Assembly (NCBI GenBank): GCA_039545335.1
Contig: BCIN01000008.1
Location: 300,363 to 320,362 of the forward strand
Length of the DNA: 20,000 bases
Direction: 5' to 3'
Source: Kondoa subrosea
Lineage: Eukaryota
A program made the translations under genes and the position numbers. Under the pieces are notes generated by a model that searched no databases, was not told the DNA's origin, and saw only the letters and a list, made by a program, of their open reading frames with translations. How positions within the stretch are numbered: the stretch's first letter is position 1; each line of letters opens with the position of its first letter. Shown here piece after piece: positions 11,487 to 20,000 of the stretch.

Positions 11487-12473
11487 ATGGAAGTCGAGCA
11501 GACGCGCACGAGTGAATCAGATGAGAATCGAAGACAACTGGATTCAGCCAAAGAACAGATCGCTCTGGCGGCTGCGGGCTCCCACACAGCTGCACACACA
11601 GTCGTTGTGCCCAACACAAACAATGCAAGCACAACTTCAGCTGGAGGCAGCAATAGAAGACCATTCATTGTTCCAACAATTATACATACAGATGGCATCA
11701 AAGAAGTACCTCGACGCTTCGAACAGTGTGATATAGAAGAATTGGTTGTACTCATAGGTGAATCCAAGTATCCATCGTTGGTTCGGCTCTTAAAGCTAAA
11801 TCTGTTCGTGAAAGCTGGCATGCTAGACAGACTTATCAAGCACAACGATCAAATTCCACTCACTCAAACTTCTCTCACTCGCTTTCATTCACGCGCACCA
11901 CCTGGCATTTCAGTGCATGATTATCTTCTTCGCATCACTCGTTATACAAATGTCGAAGCATGCTGTCTCTTGATTCTCCTACACTATATCGATAAGATCA
12001 CTGAACGACTAGCGGCCTTTACCATCTCAAGTTTAACAGTACATCGGTTTCTGATTGCGGGAGTCGCTTGTGGAAGTAAAGCGTTAAGCGATAGTTTTTG
12101 CACCAATGGAAGATATGCAAAAGTAGGAGGTGTATCCTTAGCGGAAGTCAATCTATTAGAAAAGGAGTTCTTGGCTGCTATAGATTGGAGATTGACAGTA
12201 AGCTTTCTTTTATCCCTCCTTCTCAAAGTAACACCGCTGACTTATGCATTGATTTAGACAAGTGGAACACTTCTTGCCCAGTATTATACATCACTCGTCC
12301 AATCTAATCCGGCCTTTCGACTAGCAGAAGTCGAGGTCACGCAGCCACCAAATTCATCAGGAATCGATCCAGACACATTATCAACTGCAGGAACTTTGGC
12401 AAACGGTCACACAGAAGGAAAAGAGGATGGCAGGCAGGAAAAAAGAGAAACAGACAAAGAGGGTTGGGAATAA
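11487..12473 (+). CDS. Pho80/Pcl-family (Preg-like) cyclin, 289 aa, 3 exons
   Basis: Exons 11487-11757, 11815-12197, 12258-12473 (870 nt). Cyclin box motifs LTRFHSRAPPGISVHDYLLRI, SLTVHRFLIA, KALSDSFCTNGRYAKVGGVSLAEVNLLEKEFL. Confidence 0.9.
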
Positions 12474-12694
12474 GGGTGGAAGAAGAGTAATGTATCAAGC
12501 TATCATAGGGACAATGTAGAAACTAAGTTATATTGGAACTGTATACGAACAACTCTTGAACTAAAACCTGTCCAACAATCTATAAACTCTAAAGCCAAGC
12601 GATCACTACCCCTGCCCACGCTTTGCAGCGAAACCCTTTTTGCGAATCTGACCCTTTTTACAAAGCACAAACCGAACCCTTGCAGCCGCTCACT

Positions 12695-15600
12695 TCAATA
12701 AATGGGTAGCGGTGTAGGAGTGAAGCCAACAGGTATAACGTAGTGCTTCTCAGGTGCTGGAGGCTTGGTACTGTTCCGTTGGTTGAAGGGGATGACTAGC
12801 GCAACAAAATTAGCCGAGCGAACACCAACAGTAGTAACAGCTGCGACGAACTAGATACCGTTACATTAAAGCCTGGAGTTCCGTTATCGCTTGTTCGCTC
12901 TGGGTGGGACGCGTTGAATGCCAGCGGTTGGAAGCATGTCATGCCATAGCAATTGCCAACGATACTTGAATTCGCACCAAAAGGAACGCTAAGGGTGACG
13001 TTGTGAGAAGAAGCTGCGATTAGCCAATCCTTCATCACGGCAGGTGTAGGGTTGCCATAGAGTGAAATCAGATATGCTTTCATGCCGGCAACTACAGGAG
13101 TAGCCACTGATAGACAGTAAAGTCAGTTCAGTTTATTCCGAGCATTGGCAAAGAGAAGACGTACTGCTGGTTCCGGACAATTCAGCGCCAATGTCTGGAC
13201 CACCAATCCAATCGGAGAAGATACCAGATCCAGGAGCCCAGATATCGACAGAGCCACCCCAATTCGAAAAGGGACTTGAGTCATCTTTCTGAGTTATTGA
13301 TCCGACAGTAGTAACTTCAGCGACTCGACCAGGCGAATAAAGTGAAGCATCATCGGCGTTATTGCCAGCAGCGATCGTACTTTCGGTAGAAGACCGTGAG
13401 CATCATCAATATATAGTCATGGAAAGTGAGGAGACATACACGTGAATGCCTTTTTTGGTCAAAGCTCTACAGGCAGCGTCCAGTCCAGAATTGGGCGGTC
13501 CAGAGAAAGACAAGGAGACGACTGAAGGTTTTTTAGTCTTCCTTGCTACCGTTGCGACACTGTCAAACGTAACTTCAGCAGAGGCCAGTGCGCAAGTACC
13601 GAATACCCACTAATTCAGTCCTTTGACAATGTCAGCGCTTGATCCTCCGCCGTCATCGCCAAAGACTTTGATACCGAGGATTCTTGCTTTCTTAGCGACA
13701 CCATACTTTGTTCCAGCTGCCACACCAGCACAGAAAGTCCCATGACCGTTTCCGTCTTTTAGCTAATGGTAGGTATTTAGAAATCTGCCGAAGGCTCAAA
13801 GAATATGATGTCCTACTGCATAACCACCAAAGGCCTTTAAAAACTTCACTCTGCCACCAAAATCTTGGTGACCTGTGTAGATTCCAGTATCGCTACAGCC
13901 AGGAATATCAGCAAACGGATTCAAGAAAGAGATACAGAGAACACACAGCAAAAAGATATCAACACCTGCACCGGCTGTTCCATTGTAGTAGTAATTCGGG
14001 GTACTCTTGTTCGTGACAGTGACATTTGACGAAGCGCGGATCAGGTGCCATGGAGCTGCTTTTTGGGTCAGGATGGGCTGCACTGCACCAGCAATGAACC
14101 CAAGAGAATCAGCGCTGATGCTCTCGACTTCTGCTTTGGCAGTGACAGCATCGAGAATGACACCACGGAGAATTGCCTGAATCTTGCGTCAAGTAACGTA
14201 GAAACTTGTTTCAAAAGGGAGACTTACAGTGTAGATACCGAAACCAGGATAGACATCAACAGGTCCAGAACCACTTCCACCGTCGGTTGTTCCAGCCGGA
14301 CCATCATATGCATCGTGCGGGACGTAAGCTGTGGGAACAGGTGGTGGTAGATCTGGTGCAAAGGGATCAGCGGCAGTCGGGTCATAGCCAGGGGATCCGG
14401 GTCCAGTATAAGGTGTGCCACTGTAGCAAGAAGTCAGGATCAGCGTATAATAGCGCAAACGGGACAACCAACTCTGCGTTGATCTTCGAAGGAGTTCCGT
14501 CAGGATTCACTGGACCTGGAACACACTATCAGCTCCGTAATGTCTTCTCAGCGAAGTGACCAACCTGGATAGGGTGTGCCTAGCAGGGTTATGGATTAGT
14601 TTGATGTCTAGCAAAGCAGATAAATTCGTACCATCGGGTAATGTGGGCACAGGCTGAAAAACGAGTAATCAGCACAACCGCTTTACTAGCTGAAGAGGTG
14701 AGACATACTGGAACATAGGGCGTGCCGCTGTTTCATAATCAGCCGAGTGCCGGGTAAGATACTCAGAGACACCTACTCGTAGTTGAGCTTTGAAGGTGTT
14801 CCACTGTTGCTTAAAGGTCAGCACTTATACAGATGAGGATGAAAGGAGGACAACGAACTCCTCGTTTGTCGGTCCAGAGTACGTAGTTCCCTGTTGAAAG
14901 CCAGTTCAGTCTCCAGAAATTACTGGATGCAAGCAAGACCGACATCTGGATTGAGGAAAGGGACCGGAACATAGGGCGAGCCACTGCAATATGACTCAGC
15001 TTAAAAGTGAAAACATTGTATTGATCGGCTTACTCTGCGTTGACTGTACTCCAAGTACCACTGTTCATGAAAAGGTCAGCAATCTGGTGTTTTGGCATCA
15101 GACGAAGCTGCGTACTCTGCGTTCAAAGGACCTGCAAAGGTTGTGTTAGCTACTGTTCTGAGCACACGAGGAAGTTAGAGCTTGCCTGTGTAGGTACTTC
15201 CCTAAATATAAATCAGAGCGTCAGCTTTCTGAGTATAGGTAGATGGAGAGGTTGCTTACATCTCTGTTCGTCTTTGGGATAGGCACAAATGGAGTTCCGC
15301 TAGAGAGAATCTTAGCAACAACTAGCGGGATCGCAATAGAATACCTACTCAGGATAGGTGGCAGAAGGGTAACCATCTGCAGTGAGAGGACCGCTGTATA
15401 CCGAACCATCTCCGTTACGGTATATGCCATCTGAAAGCGATATATTAGATTCCCGGTCAAATCGCTAGTACGCAAGGCAAACTGACCAACACCCATACCA
15501 GGACCATATACTACTGGTGCAGGTGGAATGGAAGATGCTATAGTTATTTGCTTTATTCAGCGAGAGGTTTGATACTGCATGAGCGGAGAGCAACTCACAG

Positions 15601-18057
15601 CTCCCATCTGTAGTCGTGCTGCCATCTGCTGGCGTGCTACCATCTGCTGTCCCACTTCCGGAGTCAGTCGTAGAATCAGAAGCTGTAGTGCTTCCATCAT
15701 CTGTTGTTGAACCAGAAGCCGATGTGCTACCAGAAGCTGGAACATCTGAACAGAAGAATCAGCACCTACTCTGCAAGAAATCAAAGCAACTTGCAGCCTG
15801 GATAGTAGTAAGGTGTTCCATCGCTGAGAAAATATCAGCGATTTGCTTCAATATATTTTAGAGACGGACTCACGGGTTGAGAATAGCGATAGAACCATCA
15901 GGATTCACCGGACCTTCACAGGAGGAATATAGAATCAGTATCGGTTAATGATCTGCATAAGAATCGACTTACCAGTGTAAGGGGTACCATCCGCGTTGTA
16001 AGCTGGAGGTGGCACATATGTTGTTCCGCTGCAACGATACTTCAGATACAAAGAAGATATCAATTGAGATATCGCTCACTCATCGTTGATCTTGGACGGG
16101 GATCCCTGTATTCATTGAGCGTGTCAGATGCGAGGAAGGAGATTTTTTTTGGGCCGGAAACGTACATCTGCATTCAACGGGCCTGGAGGACGGGAAAGAC
16201 CAGTTCAGCTACTTATTTCTTCATCAAGTCAACGCTACATACCAGCATATGTAGTTCCCTGAAGGAAAAAGAAATATCAGTAACGCAATATAGTTATTAC
16301 AAAGATAACGAACATCAGGATTCAGTGCGACTGGTGGCGTATAGGGTGATCCACTGTGCTTAGGGATCAGAATAGGAGGTCGCATTCGATCGGGAAGAGA
16401 GCACTGACTCAGCATTGACCAATGAGGGCGTTCCGTCTGGGTTGACAGGTCCTGCGAGAGCAGTTCAGCTTGTGGTATACAGCAGAAGCAAGGCACAAGA
16501 CTGACCTCCATACAAAGTGCCGTCTCTGTTGAGCGCTGGAGTTGGCACATATGGTGTTCCGCTGCAACGATACTTCAGATTGAAAGAGATATCAAGTGAG
16601 ATATCGCTCACTCGTCGTTGATCTTGGACGGTGATCCCTAGAGTCATGAAGCGTGTCAGATGTGAGGAAGGAGAATTTTCGGCGGACACGTACATCTGCA
16701 TTCACTGGGCCTGGAAGACGGGAAAGACCAGTTCAGCTACTTATTCTTCCACCAAGTCAACGCTACATACCGGCATACGTAGTTCCCTGAAGGAGAAAGA
16801 AATATCAGTAACGTAATATAGTTGTGACGAAGGTAACGAACATCAGGGTTCAGTGCAACTGGGGGCGTATAGGGTGATCCACTGTGCTTAGTGATCAGAA
16901 TAGGAGGTCACAATCAATTCAAAAGCAAGCACTCACTCAGCATTGACCAATGAGGGCGTTCCGTCTTCGTTGACAGGTCCTGCGAGAGCAATTCAGCTCG
17001 TAGCATACAGCAGAAGCAAGGCACAAGACTGACCTCCATACAAACTTCCATCTCTGTTGTACGCTGGAGGACTAAAGCAGATGTAAGTACAAAGAATATA
17101 GGTCAGAAAGTCAAACAAGACTTACGGAACATATGGATCGCCAGAGGCATCCACTTTGGACATTGTACCATCAGGGTTCTATGTATTGAGCGCATGTGTC
17201 AGACGGTGTCCATCAGAAAGGACTATTGACTGACAACTGGACCAGTGTAAGGCGTTCCTGTTGACACAGATTAGTGCAGTCAAATAAAACTTGATAGGAA
17301 GATACGGACCATCTCTGTTCATTGGCACCGGTCTGTAAAGAGGAATATCAGCGTCCGTTAATTGTTACCAACCAAGTTCACAAACGGAATGTATAACGAG
17401 CCGCTGAACAGGAAGTCAGCGACAGCCTAGAGCAACATCAGTGCCACGTACTCTGCGTTGTAAGCTGATGGAGTGCCATCGGGATTAAGAGGACCTGTAT
17501 GAATGTGTGAGCGTTGCTCAACAAGATATGCCAGCGAATGATGAACCTTGATACGCAGAACCATCTGGATTCGTGAACGGAACTGCAAGAAAGGTTTAAG
17601 TGACTGTCGCCAGAGAATGGCTGAAGAACCCACTTGGAGCTGGGTAAGGGCTTGGAGGTCCTCCATTGGCAGCAATAGCATCTACAGAGCTTCTCAGCAC
17701 TTTGATGCCGGGTCTTGTGCCAAAAGACTGACCGTATAGCCATGCCAAATGCTTGTCCATATCAGAACCTCCAGTTAAGACGACTAAAAACAAATCAGGT
17801 TGACCAGGTCCACCGACTGCACGAGTTGAAAGATGATGATGGCTTGCAGTTGTTGAATTGGCATAGTATTCTTGAGATTTATACTCTTGACTGAAAGTTG
17901 GCGCAGCCACTACAGGTTCCGAGTAGCTGGCCAGCAGCACAATGACAAAGAGTGGTCCCAAGAGCTGGTTGAAGACACATTGCAAGACCACAAAGAGAGC
18001 AGTTCGACTGCACTTTGGCGCGAGCATTTGAGGGCCGGCCCTCTTGTAGTAGTCCAT
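12695..18057 (-). CDS. Proteinase K-family subtilase (peptidase S8A) with a repeat-interrupted I9-like propeptide; about 996 aa, 45 exons
   Basis: Exons: 18057-17733, 17681-17634, 17582-17547, 17494-17452, 17403-17386, 17332-17310, 17257-17235, 17178-17126, 17071-17034, 16979-16937, 16881-16842, 16786-16771, 16710-16694, 16637-16612, 16561-16506, 16451-16409, 16353-16314, 16258-16243, 16182-16166, 16105-16080, 16028-15973, 15913-15874, 15823-15795, 15745-15599, 15537-15487, 15430-15349, 15299-15260, 15201-15186, 15131-15116, 15060-15034, 14983-14944, 14890-14859, 14803-14777, 14727-14709, 14653-14632, 14579-14565, 14515-14473, 14420-14228, 14176-13947, 13892-13817, 13762-13611, 13559-13440, 13379-13165, 13106-12852, 12795-12695. 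Total 2991 nt with all phases consistent. Catalytic triad LDTG (Asp 13891-13889), DGNGHGTFCAG (His 13744-13742), SGTSMATP (Ser 13168-13166), plus oxyanion AAGN. Mature start resembles TQKAAPWHLIR. The frame of the last exon and the start codon are less certain. Confidence 0.85.
14390..17571 (-). repeat. Protein-level tandem repeat: 11 copies (7+4) of a 33-aa unit NxDG(S/T)xYxGP(V/L)-NxDGTPSxx-NxDG(S/T)PYxPPxxx
   Basis: Visible only after splicing, e.g. NRDGSLYGGPV NEDGTPSLV NADGSPYTPPVAL and NPDGTTYSGPT NEDGTPSKL NYDGTPYVPPVPT. The 11+9+13 aa spacing holds in all copies. Confidence 0.88.
16011..17070. repeat. Direct tandem DNA duplication, two copies of about 530 bp (16011-16543 and 16544-17070), covering six exons and six introns
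   Basis: Near-identical segments offset by 528-533 bp, e.g. ccgctgcaacgatacttcagat (~16026 and ~16559), cgggaaagaccagttcagctacttatt (~16191 and ~16719) and cagcagaagcaaggcacaagactgacctccatacaaa (~16480 and ~17008). Confidence 0.95.
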
Positions 18058-20000
18058 CCAGTGAACAGTGTATAGCTAACACGCGGGTATGAGTTGGACT
18101 GAGCCTTGAATGGGAAAGGGGGAAAAGATACAGAAGGCAACAGAGAGTCGAGAGAAAGCACCGGTCAATAACGAAACCGGTATAGGATGATCAGACAACA
18201 TTGTCCGATTCTCGAATGCGCGTATTGCAATCGTGACTGAGATCTTCTGTGTGATCTTCGTGGACACTTGCAGTCCCCCATTACATCAAGATCATACATG
18301 AGAACCAGTTGCAATGTATAGCAGGCAGATTCTCATCCAAGCATATTGATAAAGGATATTGATAGAGAGCTCGAGAACGGTAGATCTAAAGCTGCTGATG
18401 CCGTGGCTTATGGCTCGATTAGCAATAGTGTATTCTCGCGTCAATGCAGGCATGTTGGTATGCGGATGTTGCGAGAGAAGTGAATTCGAAACAAGCTTGT
18501 CTTCTAGGAGCGACAGACTGCCATGGTCTACCAGCGCGCTTACTGTGCTAGCCTATCTTACATCTCCATCTCTCTAGTAGCGCTATCCAAAGTCTTTCCA
18601 CTTCGCTGTCAATCATCTGCTTGATTGCCTGGGACATTTTTGACTTCCGCCAACTAATAAAGTGGCTGCTTTCTGCTCTCTTCTCGTTCCTTGAGACTTT
18701 TTTTCGCTTCGCTGAAGACTGTTATACTATTCATGTCTGGGCATCGGAAGTGCATGTGTGAACAGATCGACAAAATCGCTCGTGCATTCTGCTGATATCT
18801 TTCTGACTCTCTCTCCGAGTCAGCTCCGAGATTTAGGCTGTCAGCAATGCATTGCGAATCACAGGAAGGCGTAGAAACTGTCGCTATTTGATTACAATCA
18901 GCTACCTCGGCGATCTATTTTCGCGTCCATCAACTTCTTTGGAGCAGCGCTTTTCTGTAAAGTAACAGCTACATGGATTCATAAAAACCCTCTGATTATA
19001 ACAGAAGAAGTCTCGCATTCGAGAACTCCGGCATTACAAACTCCTCATCTATTGTCTCAATGGCTGGTGCAATAATGGTATCTGGGCTTTGTGGGGTGCT
19101 CTATATCTCAGAGCATTTGGAACAGTCACTTCGATTCGATCAGATCAATGCCGAGGGCTCCCTCATCTGTCTTTAATGTCTTTGCACTCGAATAAGTGGT
19201 ACGTACTGCCTTGCTTAGGTGTATACCGAACAATCCTAATAGCATTACAGCACACGTTTACACATTGGTCTTCGGCTACATTGGCTCTGAAGCTATCTTG
19301 GTATACAATCAGAGACAAGCGCGCTCAGTAGCTCAACTTGCATCTCCCATGCAATGCCATGAAGCACCTCTCTGAAAGCTCTGAATATTGACACTGGTTC
19401 TACTTGTCCCATCAGCTATACCTGAAGTTTCTGTCTTCGCGCGATCAAGAGATGGGTTCAAGGTTTTTGCTTGACGCATGAAACAGAGAAGCGGCTTTCT
19501 GTCTGCGTATGCAACGTACCTCCTTCGGATATGTGGCTTTGACAGCTTCGCATTCTTTCGTATTGTGCCTTGCAATCCTGGTACTGCTCGCTTCGATTAT
19601 GCTCTATTGACTCTCGTTTGACCATCCCATGACTATCTATCCATTCGGTTGCTTGTTCTGTCTGACTTTCCCTCTGTGTCATTTCATTGCGCGTAGACGC
19701 TATTCTCAGCTTCAATTGTGTTGCAAGGAATCTGCCACGTCACATAGGTCCAATCTAGGACTTTACATTTCTGCCTTTCTCTGTTTTTCTGCCACTCAAG
19801 TCCCTTTCGTAGGTGCAGAGCTTGCTGCTCCGCTGACGAACGGCCGACTATAGGCTATACCTCGATTATACAGCCACTTCCTGCCTGTGGAAGCTGCTGA
19901 GCAATGCCTGAAGGAAATCCGCAGGTGGGAGCAAGGTTTTCCAGCATGAAATGTGACGATGTAGAAAGCCAACTTGGTTTGTGATTAATGCTTGTTGCAA

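Noticed and set aside
16011..17070. ~530-bp direct repeat as possible LTRs or transposon ends
   Set aside because: The copies are adjacent, consist of exons and introns of the subtilase, and have no TG...CA ends, target-site duplication or internal transposon ORF that I could see.
14400..17600. Regularly spaced short similar motifs separated by ~50-nt unique spacers, superficially CRISPR-like
   Set aside because: The spacers are spliceosomal introns with GT/GC-AG ends and branch points, and the motifs vary mostly at synonymous positions. The DNA is eukaryotic and there are no cas genes.
18100..20000. Short ORFs such as 19458-19715 (-), 19333-19575 (-), 19089-19331 (+), 18359-18577 (+)
   Set aside because: No recognisable motif, and I could not build a phase-consistent spliced model. 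Treated as upstream or intergenic DNA, though a divergent or degraded gene cannot be excluded.

Overview
Eukaryotic, intron-dense fungal DNA (introns mostly 46-66 nt, with CTRAY-like branch points). A basidiomycete origin is inferred from gene style, not proven. I spliced nine protein-coding genes by hand: a 3'-truncated C2H2-type zinc-finger gene with a micro-exon N-terminus (<1-1821, -), RPL25/uL23 (-), an Frm2/Hbn1-like nitroreductase (+), a Zn-dependent nucleoside deaminase (+), a 322-aa orphan (-), Aurora kinase (+), a Glo3-like ArfGAP (+), a Pho80-like cyclin (+) and an unusual proteinase K-family S8 subtilase (12695-18057, -). The subtilase model has 45 exons and about 996 aa. Its I9-like propeptide appears split by a ~495-aa insertion holding eleven 33-aa repeats, each with three NxDG motifs. 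These are encoded by a micro-exon array with a recent ~530-bp exon+intron tandem duplication, shifted intron positions and two GC-AG introns. No gene could be supported in 18100-20000. All exon models are manual predictions without transcript data.
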